Positions 1-10,185 of a stretch of DNA of 20,000 nucleotides are shown here, piece after piece; within the stretch, counting starts at the first letter, position 1, and each line of letters starts with the position of its first letter. Position numbers and translations under genes: made by a program. Source of the stretch: Spirogloea muscicola (lineage: Eukaryota). The stretch covers positions 925,232 through 945,231 of the forward strand of contig WELB01000012.1 of NCBI GenBank assembly GCA_009602725.1, read 5' to 3'. A model generated the notes under the pieces. The model did no database searches. It had not been told where the DNA came from and saw only the letters and a program-made list of their open reading frames with translations.

Positions 1-78
1 GACTCTCTGCTTTTTGCAGAAAAATTTACTGGTTGTTTGGGTGTCAAGTCCCTGAATCTAGCTGCCTCTTTCTACCAG

Positions 79-682
79 GTCAGTACTGATCCATGCAGAG
101 ACGAGGAAGATGACATACAAGGCAGCGGTGCAAATTGAGCCGTCCCCAGCTCCAGTGAAGAGCTCTGCCTTTGCTGTCAGCCACTCATGGGGAGTGGACC
201 TTGCCACCAGTCAGGTGGGGGAAGCTTCTCAAGAGCAGCCGGGGCACGATGCAGTCAATGCAGCAGAACAAGCCAGGACGCAGGAGCCTGTGGAAAACTC
301 CTGCTTTCCGGGTCTTGTGACGTCTGGTATTGAAGACCGGGGGAAGGCCCAAGTAATGCCAGAGCAGATGCCAGCGAAGATGACCTTTGCTGTTTATGAC
401 AGGAGAGATGCAACTGGTGCCTTCGTCCCCAGCATTGGCAGAACCGCAGGTGCCTCGAGCAACGCAGGGCCCTCGAGCAGCAGTGGTAAGAACATGCCAC
501 AAAGGGAAAGTGAGGACTTCATCTCCATGATATGGGATGGCACGCTCAATGTTAAGGAAGCTGTACCAGCAGGAAAGAGCCGCTTGCCCGATCTGCCAGG
601 ACCCTCCCGCAGGAAAAGAGGGCGAGGACGGGGCCAGCCGCAGGCTTTACCTCGAATAATCGGCAAGAAATACCAACGCTAG
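79..682 (+). CDS. Probable terminal exon of an unidentified gene (low-complexity S/A/P/Q-rich C-terminus with a basic NLS-like tail)
   Basis: The 110-682 ORF stays open upstream to a pyrimidine-rich acceptor (ctgcctctttctaccag|, ending at 78). It ends in ...SRRKRGRGRGQP...KKYQR* at 682. No family recognised. Confidence 0.4.
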
Positions 683-755
683 CATTTTTCTAATTAGCAG
701 GACTTGGGTGTACTTTCCAAATTACAGTCGGCTTCAATGGACTAGTGAATGTGGA

Positions 756-1505
756 GTCGCTAAGCAATAGGAGTGGAGTGTGCCTCTCTGAGAGAAGCTG
801 GCCTCGTTGACTTGGTCTTGCAGTCAGCACATATCGACATTTGCTAGCTCATAAGAGCCAGTATGAGCCTGTAGTGGCCCATAAGCACACCTTGAAGGCT
901 TCATTGCAATGGACTTAGCGAGGCCTCATCACAGTTCTGCAACCAGATATTGCAGGTATTGCAATCATGAGTAAGGACCATCAAATAGTACATTTTCACA
1001 AACCCCACAGTGTTAAACAGATGCGTTTTCCATGCAGCTAGTGCACTTTGCCAAACTGCCGTTGGGTCCAGCAACTTACCGCCTTGACCGAGACAAGCGG
1101 GCTGAAGTTGTCGAACTTGAGATACTTGCCTGGGAACGCCTCGTTGAAGTACCGGTGAATCTCATTCTTGAGGATGGCCAGCGGGTGGTCCTCCCGCTGG
1201 TGCAGCTGCATGCCTATCTTGGAGAAGATGGTGTCCGAGACGTTGTTCACGGGATCCTCCTCCCGCACGATCTCTGTGCGCAATGGACAAAGCATTTGAC
1301 TGAGCTTAGCAACCGATAGGCAATCAAGCAACCGTTTGACTAGTGACTGACCTGAGCTAATGTGCTTCTCCATGTGCTCCGAAGAGCATAGCACTGGCTG
1401 CCCACTTGGCCAGCACATACTGTATGCCAAGCGGGGAAGGGGGCAGGCAGTTGGGGCATATGGAGAGGTTGGCAGGGTGGGTGTCGGCTTGAAGCGCAAG
1501 ATCAA
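756..1505 (-). pseudogene. Truncated or degenerate organellar (mitochondrial/plastid-type) phenylalanyl-tRNA synthetase
   Basis: Exon 1273-1080 (cag| acceptor, |gtaagt donor) reads IVREEDPVNNVSDTIFSKIGMQLHQREDHPLAILKNEIHRYFNEAFPGKYLKFDNFSPLVSVKA, matching the N-terminal part of plant organellar PheRS. An upstream exon has a donor at 1352|gtcagt. The next acceptor (936) gives NCDEASLSPLQ* where NFDxVLVPADHVSRS is expected. A weak remnant LLSERHTPLLLLSD lies at about 800-756. Confidence 0.75.
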
Positions 1506-1605
1506 CTCACAGACAGACTATCCCAAGCCTGCAAACACGGCATCTCCAGCTCAGCTTCGGTTGGGAGCCTACAATGCCCCAATGCAAAGTGGCGGGGTAA
1601 TTTCT

Positions 1606-1696
1606 GGGAGAATTGTGGTCCCAAGCTACACGGGCCTTTTAAGATCATTGTAGTCGGGAAATTGGTGGTCCCAGGCTACAGTGGCCTTTGGGATCA
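1606..1696. repeat. Imperfect direct repeat, two units of about 41 bp spaced about 50 bp apart
   Basis: gggagaattgtggtcccaagctacacgggccttttaagatca (1606-1647) versus gggaaattggtggtcccaggctacagtggcctttgggatca (1656-1696). Confidence 0.8.
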
Positions 1697-2371
1697 AGGT
1701 TTAGGGGGAGCCAAATGGGCCAGAGAGCTTTCTCCAACGAACAATTGCCTTCTCTTAACCGAGGATAAGCGAGTGGAGGGCTGGGACCGAGCAGTCCACT
1801 CGGTCTAGTCTCTTCCTTCCGAGCTCTCGCCGCCGCTGCCGCCGCCATTGCTGCTGCAGTCATCTAGGGCAGGCGTACTGAACCGGGTTTGCTGCTAAAG
1901 AGCCTTCTACTGACGAACTCCGCTGACCGTCACGTAAACTGGCACATTGGCAAGGACACGCTCCGGACCTAGTTTCGGAAGTCAACCTAGTCAGGACTCA
2001 CAGCTGGGGAGGGCTGATAGTCCAACATCATCCATCACAAGCTCGAGCCATCTCAGTACGCCGTTACAAGGCTATCTACTCGTACGTTTTCCTCATTTCA
2101 CACGATAGTGATGTCTTGATTTCTCGCTTCCTTAATTCCACACATGATGTGTTGCGTTGCCGGCCACGTACCTGAACGTATCACCTTGACTTTGTACTAA
2201 GCTGCCTATCGACGTTACCTGGCAGTCGACGCTGTGTGGCACGACAAGGTGATAGGCTGGACGTGCGCCAGTGCCAGTGCGTAGCTGTAAGGTACTTGTC
2301 ACTGGTGTTCCATAGCCAGGAACGACAACACGCGAGGCGCTTCAGCCTAGGTACGCGCTTCTGCTACGGTC

Positions 2372-3324
2372 ATGGTGGGCGTGGATCAACTCTCGGCCAG
2401 GCTTCAGCAGGCACAGCTATCCGCAGAGCAGTATTCGGACAACGATGTGGACGCTGGTGAGGCCACGGACGAGCCCGGGCTAATGATAGCCGGGGACACC
2501 GGGGACACCGGGGACACCCAGGACGTCGAGGTCATGATAACGAGGTCGGTCAAGTGCCTGGTCTCCAGATGCAATGCGACGTCCTCTGTAGCAAAATACA
2601 ACTGCATGAGTCTGAGGATGGGCTTCCCAATGTGTATGTCCCACATGGACATCACGAAAATAAGAAGGTCCCTGGCCACTGTGAACGCGAATGTGAAAGT
2701 GAACATGAAAGGGTTCAGCCTTCTCTTTTACCACTTGAAGACCAGCTACCCACACTCCAACGACGTGACACACATAGCGGCCGTCTCCGACACCGGTGCC
2801 GATTTCGAGCAGCACGTCGCCTCGCCCTTTGAGGGGGAACGGGAACAGCTTTCTGTCCGAGTATTCAAGCATCCTGAAGGATTGGTTGATAGGGCCGGGC
2901 CTTGCCTTGGGGTTATTCATGGAGCAGTTGACTGAGATGCACTACAGGAGGCACGGCCTTGACTGCCCCTTAGACAGCCTCATCCTGGTGGCGCATTACG
3001 GCGCGTGCTTCGACCACATGCGCCTGGTCAGGTCGTGCAGGAGAAACCAGTTGCTCATGCCCTAACTGCAGAGTGGCGGATAGTGTGTTGATCTGCAAGA
3101 TCTTGGAGGGGGTGAGGACCGACTGCAAGCTCGTCACGGTGGTGAGCAAATATGTGCCCACGTTCCTGGAGGACCTGGGCGATGCCCGCGGGGATGCAGT
3201 CGCCCTCTCCAAGGCCATGCATTGCATCGATTCCCGCTGGAGAAACCTCATCTGGTCGTCGAGTACACCACGCTGCAACTATGTGACTAGGCTGGAATTT
3301 AGCGCGAGGAAGACGGTGGTGTAG
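2372..3324 (+). pseudogene. Intronless, frameshifted gene for a Cys/His finger + DEDDh (DnaQ-like) 3'-5' exonuclease
   Basis: Three consecutive ORFs (2372-2935, 2796-3065, 3073-3324) join by two +1 shifts (about 2831 and 3060) into one protein. Motifs are in DEDDh order: ExoI-like LLFYHLKTS...VTHIAAV, ExoII-like LILVAHYGACFDH, then VADSV and CKL, and ExoIII-like DARGDAVAL. An N-terminal C-x4-C-x10-C-x9-C-x2-H lies at 2555-2644. Confidence 0.75.
2490..2518 (+). repeat. 9-bp tandem repeat (ccggggaca)x3, encoding GDT x3
   Basis: Read directly from the sequence. Confidence 0.9.
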
Positions 3325-3643
3325 GCGCAACTATTGTCCAACTGAGGAATCGCGCCCCTCAGCGCCCGTCGATGTAGGCGTTGGTCATCGCCTGGCGAAT
3401 GGTGAAGAGCTGTGGAGGTCTACAGCGCCTCATGGTATCTTGGTGCAAACAATCTGTTACACTGCTCACTCTCGTTACGATGGAGCTGCATTGATATGAT
3501 GTGCTCACAGGACCGGCCAGGCAGTGGACAATGTTATCAATACTGACGCAAGTCTTGTATGAGGAGCCCCACTTACAATCATAGGAGATGAGAATTGCCC
3601 CCAATGCAGTAGAGCTACCCTCTCTATACTACATGTGTTGCAG

Positions 3644-6600
3644 TCAGTCTATTTTGTACCATGACCCTGATGGCAGATTCACCCGCCCTTGCTCCTCTGC
3701 CACTGTTTGCCCTGGCTTGGCTGCTTCCGGTCCTTGCTTGAGAGCTTTGCCCAGGTCCTGCAGGGAGACTGTCGCCGAGCCCCTCCTTCTGGGCCGCTGC
3801 TGGGAGCTGTGCGGGCTCCAGCCCGCCATGTATATCACCTGGACCCAGGACATTGGCTCGTATAAGACGTGGTGCAGAGTTGTTCACACTCAAAGTCCTT
3901 AAGACTTCAGGATTGAGAACTCGAATGCATCAGAATTCTGTGAAGTGATAGATCAATATCTGCATAGACAGAGGCCCTTTCTCCAACAACATGCATGCTC
4001 TGAAAGTACAATAGATACAGGACACTGGCCCTTGGCGTGGAGAGCATCAGATATCGTGAAACTCCAACAAGTTGAGCACGTGCATGTTCGAAGTCTGCAG
4101 GTGCAAGCTTGTTATGCAACGCATATGCCATACACTGAAGAGGACTTTAGAATCGTTTATTTTAATATCTACAGCATAAACATACAGTATGAACTGTAGG
4201 ATGAACAGTTTGCAGCTCAAGTGGCCTTCACCTGAAAAGTTGCAGGGACAGTGCCATCCTCCTCCCCAAACATAGCTTGATACGTGGCTGCTGCTGCCAA
4301 AGCGGTGTCCCGCTTCAGAATCTGCAGGTCGAACGTGAAAGCCATGATCACTAGCGGCCATGGTACACAGATTGCTCTGACATTAATTAAGATTTAGCTT
4401 ATAATTTAGGGTCAGATACTAGGGGGGTTTAGGGTTCAGTGTGACATATCATGGACATGTACCTCACTCCGCTGGAGCACAGCGTTGCTTTCGCCCATGG
4501 CCCTCAGGTGCTCCACGAGCTCAATAACTGAGAATGTGAGAGCAGGAATGCATTTGAAGCTTTTCCAAGAGTTGCCACTTTAAGTCGTACATTCTGAATA
4601 GACAACCCATATGTTTCCTGCCCATGCATTGTGGTCTAGCTGCCTTTATCTCAGCCTAGTCTGAAGCAACGCAACAAGTTTGTCTCAGACTGCACAGGCT
4701 GGTGTCAGTCAGCATGCTTGAGAATGCATGGGGAATAAGTAAGTTGGTTTGGCAGCCAACCAGATGGGTAGCGCACAGTAAACTGGTCAACATCAACTGT
4801 AGGCAGCGCAAGGCCAGCCCTCGTCAGCAGGTTGCCGGCGTCTCTCACCTGCATCATGCAAGGCACACGGTATTGTGAGAAGCTTGCAGGGGGCTTCAGC
4901 CATACACCTCAACGCCGCATGGCGTAGTGACTGGCAGAATTAAGCACGTGCAGGACCTCCTTTCCATCAAGCAAGTGCAGCCTTCCTTCGTTATGCGAAG
5001 CCTTTCCAGAATCCAGAAACATTTAATGTTTGCATGTGTCTACCATCATTGGTGGAGATGACAGCATCATCTTATACGCAAGCCTGACCCAGAAGTACCG
5101 AAGTCTGATGGCATGTGACTTGGACCTGTGCCAGCGGCGATAGCCTTGGGCTCACCCCACCCTCACGCTCCAGCTGAGCAACCGTGCAGGCTATTCTGAG
5201 CTCCCTGTTGACCAAAATGAGAACTCTGAGAGGACAAATCTTCCTTTCTCCGCTGGCCTTTTACAGCCATTGCCCAAGCTTGAATGAGCTTCTTGTCCGA
5301 GTAGGCGCAGTGAGTACAGCAAATTGCAAGCCTCAAGTGGGTCTGCTAGAAATTCACGTCCAGACTCAGGGAACAGCATGCATGATGACGAGCTCAGACT
5401 TGTGAGATGTCGACGAACACAATGCCAAGTTAGCCAGACTATATGTACAGAATGCAGGTGAACAGGTACAGGAGCTTTGGCTGCATGCCTCAAGGTCTCG
5501 CCTCCGAACATCGCCCCAAGAAATAAGCCATCCGGCCGCAACGCCATCCTGCACTGCCACGCTCAACTTGATGAGCGCAGCTAATACTGCTACTCTGTGT
5601 CACCAGAACAGTTGCCTACTATACTACACATCATCTCCCAACCTAAATGTCTTCGCCTGCAACAAGTTGCCGGCACCAGGATGCTACCTGCGTCATCGTT
5701 CCCGGTAAGTCGTTGACCCAGTGCAGTCCCAAGGAACTGATGATGACGTCAAACGACCTGCATCCACGTCACGATCAAACTTCAGAGGCGCTCAAAGGGC
5801 GCTTGTCCTATGATCTCCTGCTCTGCCAAGATCAGTGCCTTGCACTTAATGGCGATCCAGCCAACCGTGGTCCAGCCAAACGCATATCGTGGCCACAAGC
5901 TGCTGCAGCCTCTTAATCTGGCGGGAAAATGCAGAGCAGCACCTCAACCCATTGGTGGAGGGACGAGTCACTTAGCAAACAAGTACTTAACGGAATTTTG
6001 TTGATTAACAGAAGCAGGTTATTGTGCATCAAGATTATGTCGGGAGTGAGCGCCTCACTCCTCTTCAAATGGGAGCAGCTCGTCGTCGCTGCCCACTATG
6101 TGGACATCCTCCCGGCTCGACTGCTCGGGGGCGAGGGCCTTAGAACGTGCAATCATGCCCTCGGAGCTGTCGAGCGAGACCAGCTTTTCCACGCCGCCTG
6201 CAGCAGCTCCCACTCCGGGGAAAGAGCCATTTAGCGGCCCAAGACGGCCGGCACTTATTGCAGCACTGATGTAAAGACAGGTTTACGACGTGGGAACTTG
6301 GATTGTTCAGTAAATCTCAAGAAAATCTAGAGAAGGTCACAGCGGAGAGGCACGCAGAAGAAGGGAGATGGGCTTTCAGCTCCAGGCTATGTGAGCTGAG
6401 GATTTCATTGACTCCGGATTCCGAGACAGCCCTCAAGCCATGTACGATGGCTGCCGTGACAGAGGCAGAGGGGGGCGAGGGGCCCTACCTCGGCGGCCCA
6501 GCTGGCGACGGACGTCGCAGAGGGCCCCGCCCAGGCTAAGCCCCACCGGAAAGGTCTTCGCGCAGTCCTGGCGATGGCACGACGGCGCCAAAAGCAAACC

Positions 6601-6831
6601 AATTGATATACTCAGACGGCCAACCTTTAAGGTTTTGGGTTAGGGTCTAGTATTACGATTTAAGGATTTGGGGGTTTAGGGTTTCGGACGGCAGGGAGGG
6701 CGGCTCACATCCAGCCGATCGAGCAGGCGGTCCGTGACCTCCGCCAGGATCGGGTCCGGCGCGCCGCCGCCGTCGCCGCCGTCGCCGGCGGCGGCGGCGG
6801 CCGCCGTCGCCTGCCACGCTGCGCGGTCCCG
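3644..6831 (-). CDS. NDUFAF5: NDUFAF5-like SAM-dependent methyltransferase-fold protein (mitochondrial complex I assembly factor); 5' exon(s) probably in or near the N gap
   Basis: Exons 6831-6709 (RDRAAW...[11 protein letters not shown]), 6567-6489 ([14 protein letters not shown]), 6197-6059 ([11 protein letters not shown]...DDELLPF), 5757-5688 ([19 protein letters not shown]), 5553-5489 ([21 protein letters not shown]), 5204-5126 ([26 protein letters not shown]), 4848-4761 ([12 protein letters not shown]), 4527-4463 ([10 protein letters not shown]), 4321-4232 (GTVPATFQ) and 3838-3644 (VIYMAGW...RRGSATVSL...*). Intron phases are consistent. Confidence 0.93.
4406..4435 (+). repeat. Short degenerate telomere-like (TTTAGGG) cluster in an NDUFAF5 intron
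   Basis: tttagggtcagatactaggggggtttagggtt, inside intron 4322-4462. Confidence 0.6.
6626..6684 (+). repeat. Degenerate telomere-like repeat cluster in an NDUFAF5 intron
   Basis: tttaaggttttgggttagggt...tttaaggatttgggggtttagggttt, inside intron 6568-6708. Confidence 0.65.
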
Positions 6832-6934
6832 CTAGCGGCGCAGACAGCGCGGGCGAGTCGGCAGGAGCCAAACGGCAGAGCCTCGCTTCTTCTACGCGGA
6901 TCTAGGCTGCCCACGCTGCTGCCACGACTGTGGC

Positions 6935-6937
<3 letters not shown>

Positions 6938-6969
<32 letters not shown>
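6938..6969 (+). repeat. (GGC)n microsatellite next to the assembly gap
   Basis: About 10 perfect ggc units just before the N run. Confidence 0.9.
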
Positions 6970-6973
6970 GAGC

Positions 6974-7459
6974 NNNNNNNNNNNNNNNNNNNNNNNNNNN
7001 NNNNNNNNNNNNNNNNNNNNNNNNNNNNNNNNNNNNNNNNNNNNNNNNNNNNNNNNNNNNNNNNNNNNNNNNNNNNNNNNNNNNNNNNNNNNNNNNNNNN
7101 NNNNNNNNNNNNNNNNNNNNNNNNNNNNNNNNNNNNNNNNNNNNNNNNNNNNNNNNNNNNNNNNNNNNNNNNNNNNNNNNNNNNNNNNNNNNNNNNNNNN
7201 NNNNNNNNNNNNNNNNNNNNNNNNNNNNNNNNNNNNNNNNNNNNNNNNNNNNNNNNNNNNNNNNNNNNNNNNNNNNNNNNNNNNNNNNNNNNNNNNNNNN
7301 NNNNNNNNNNNNNNNNNNNNNNNNNNNNNNNNNNNNNNNNNNNNNNNNNNNNNNNNNNNNNNNNNNNNNNNNNNNNNNNNNNNNNNNNNNNNNNNNNNNN
7401 NNNNNNNNNNNNNNNNNNNNNNNNNNNNNNNNNNNNNNNNNNNNNNNNNNNNNNNNNNN
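6974..7459. other. Assembly gap (486 N) probably hiding the 5' ends and shared promoter of NDUFAF5 and purU
   Basis: N run with very GC-rich flanks. Neither gene's start is identifiable outside it. Confidence 0.95.
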
Positions 7460-10185
7460 GCGCCGGCGCGGGCCCGGGGGCTCGCTGTGCCGGCAGCCCC
7501 GCCGGAGGCCCCGGGGCCCAGGCTGGCCCGGGGCGTGCACGTCTTCCAGTGCCCCGTGAGGCCTCCAGCGCCTCTCTTTGGACAGGACCTCGCGGCCAGG
7601 CCCACCAACTCCTTGATTAAAGTTTAGGGTTAAGGGGTCAGGGTTAGGGTTGAGGGTTAGGGTTGAGTGTTCAGGCGATGTTAAAGTGGTTGTCGAGGTC
7701 TGCCGATGCGCTTCCGGCAATGGCGTCGCCAGAGCGCCTCTGGCTAAGGCTCAAGCACTCCTGCCTGCGATAGCTCCTGGCGGCAATCAATATCGCCAAT
7801 ATGCGGATTTTTACGAGCATTCCGGCCTGGAAATGGCGCAGGATCACCTGGGCATAGTGGCCCGCATCTCCGACTGCGTCGCGTCGCGCGGCGCCAACAT
7901 CCTCGGCGTGGACATCCACATCGACTCCGAGGCCCAGGTGCCCACATTCTACTCTCGCAGGTGCCCCTTGCGTCTCCACCTCTGCAGCTCGTCTGTCGTG
8001 ACCCTGCAGTCTCTTTGTGGGCTTGCTCAGAAGCTTTCTGGGACATGTCATGGCGGCTTGGCGGTAGCTGCTGCCAGAGTTGCTGCATGCCATGGCTACC
8101 AGGTTGCCATCATCTTGCTTCTACATCAAACGCCGAGTTACAGCGTATTCTGGGGCTTCGTTATTGGTTAGAGCAACAGGCTGTGGAGTCTTGGGGACGG
8201 GTCTGATTTTGTTGTGGATATGCACATCTGTACAAGTTTGAAACTGACACCACCAAATGCAAAGCTGACAGTGGGATCTTCGCTGACCAAGATCATTGGA
8301 CTCTGCTTCATGATTGCAGCGAGTTCTGCGTCGATCCAGGTGCCTGGTCGATGGAAGTCATGGAGTTTGACTTCGCGAGGCTAGCAAAAGAGCTGGATGC
8401 GACGAAGTATACTTTGTCAGTTTCAGGACAAACGCCGCCAATGAGGATGGCTATTCTGGCCTCGTGGCAGGTGTGCCCCCGCTTCTGCAGCTGATGAAGA
8501 ATTTACTCTAACTTATTACTCTGAGATGGGCCCGGTAATGGCTGTCACTGCGAAAGCCCTTATGACTGACTGCCTTCCATCTGGGTGCCATGAAGGTCGA
8601 GGAGCAGGACCGTCTATCTCACACTCTCCAGCTTGCACTTTCAGGAACTCTGATCAGAAAGCTTAGCATTATAAATGGAGGTCAAGGCTCGTACTCTCCT
8701 GATCCCTCACTATGGTCCTGATGCACTGATAGGACCATTGCCTTGTTGACCTGCTCTACCGGTGGCAGGAGGGTGCTCTTCCAGTTGACATCGCCTGTGT
8801 GGTCAGGTCAGTGTACATGACAAGTAGTCGGGTCAATGTAGAGTTAGCAGGCATATAATTGCTATGCAAGCTGCCAAGAGAAATTTGGAGCGAATGTTCT
8901 CTAGGTCTATGCAAGTTATGTCACTTGGCCAAGGTCTTGTAGATACACACGGAATGGGACGTTCTCTGAAAGCAAGGACCTGGCTTTTTCTCAGCAACCA
9001 TGACCGCGGCCCCAGCACCCACGTCGTACGCTTTCTCCAACGTCACGGCATCCCGTACCACTTTGTGCCGACCACCAAGACCGACAAGAGGGAGGATGAC
9101 ATCCTTCGGCTGGTCTCTGACTGCTCGGACTTTCTGGTTCTAGCACGGTATATGCAGGTGCTTTGCTCCTGAAGCTGCTCCCTTCAGGTAGCCGCCGCGT
9201 GAGACAGAGCTCACGAGTGTCTGATAAATGAGCATGCAGCTCACTGTGCCTGTTCAGATTTTTATTGTCTTTCCCTCCGTCGTTCCTATGTTCAGACACG
9301 TGATAATATGTATCTTGGTCGCACCTAAAATAGAAGCCATATACCTCGACTGCTGCTTCATTGTTGCACATCTCCTTTCCTCCATGCCTCGCCTAGGTGT
9401 TGTCCTCCAGTTTCCTACGTGCATATGGCAAGGATATAATCAACATACACCATGGGTTGTTGCCGTCATTCAAGGGAGCCAATCCATACAGACAGGTGAA
9501 AGCATGCGAGTCATCTAATGATTGCTTTAGAACGCATTAGCTCTACTTGTTCATGAGTGAAACTGTTTGTCACAACACTGTGAGAGTGAACAATGACAAT
9601 CGAGGGCGGTAAGTACTGCTTCTCATAGCTTCATTACAAGACCAGAACATGTCTGCCATGGTATGCTGGAAGCGTCTCTGTGGCTGCCCAGCTATGGGCA
9701 GTTGTCAAGCTTTCATGAACTCCTGAACCAAAACTAGATTATTAATGCCACAGGCTTATAGAGCAGGAGTGAAGCTGATCGGGGCCACAAGCCACTTTGT
9801 GACTGAGGAGCTGGACAATGGACCTATCATAGAGCAACTGGTAAGTCCACTTTGGACTGCAGCGTCCAGTCTCTGACGACCTTCATCCTCCAAAGCTTTT
9901 ACAGTATGTTATCAGGACTGATTGTCACATGAGCAATATGTTGGAATCCTTTTTGATAGAGATTGAATTGATAGTTAGCATGCCCTTGGGATATTCAGTA
10001 TACTTAAGCACCCTCTACTTGCAAAATGTATGCAGGTAGATCGTGTGTCACATCGTGACAATCTTTTGGCTTTTGCGACCAAGTCGCAAGTCCTTGAAAA
10101 ACAGTGCTTAGCAAACGCTGTAAAGTACTGCTGTGAGCATCGGATATTAAGATTCAGCGACAACAAGACTATAGTTTTTGGTTGA
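7460..10185 (+). CDS. purU: Formyltetrahydrofolate deformylase (PurU; ACT + formyltransferase domains), start within the gap
   Basis: Exons <7460-7555 (GVHVFQCP), 7842-7960 ([20 protein letters not shown]), 8320-8470 (MAILASWQ), 8733-8806 ([14 protein letters not shown]), 8995-9157 (NH...[10 protein letters not shown]), 9397-9495 ([20 protein letters not shown]), 9754-9840 ([24 protein letters not shown]) and 10036-10185 (RVSHRD...NKTIVFG*). All introns are GT-AG and in phase. Confidence 0.96.
7623..7665 (+). repeat. Degenerate telomere-like (TTAGGG/TTTAGGG) array in the first visible purU intron
   Basis: tttagggttaaggggtcagggttagggttgagggttagggtt, inside intron 7556-7841. Confidence 0.8.

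Noticed and set aside
6892..7720. Long ORFs spanning the N run
   Set aside because: Artefacts of translating Ns.
7460..10185. purU as a recent bacterial horizontal transfer
   Set aside because: It has at least seven spliceosomal introns and plant-type motifs ([17 protein letters not shown]); plants have native PurU homologues.
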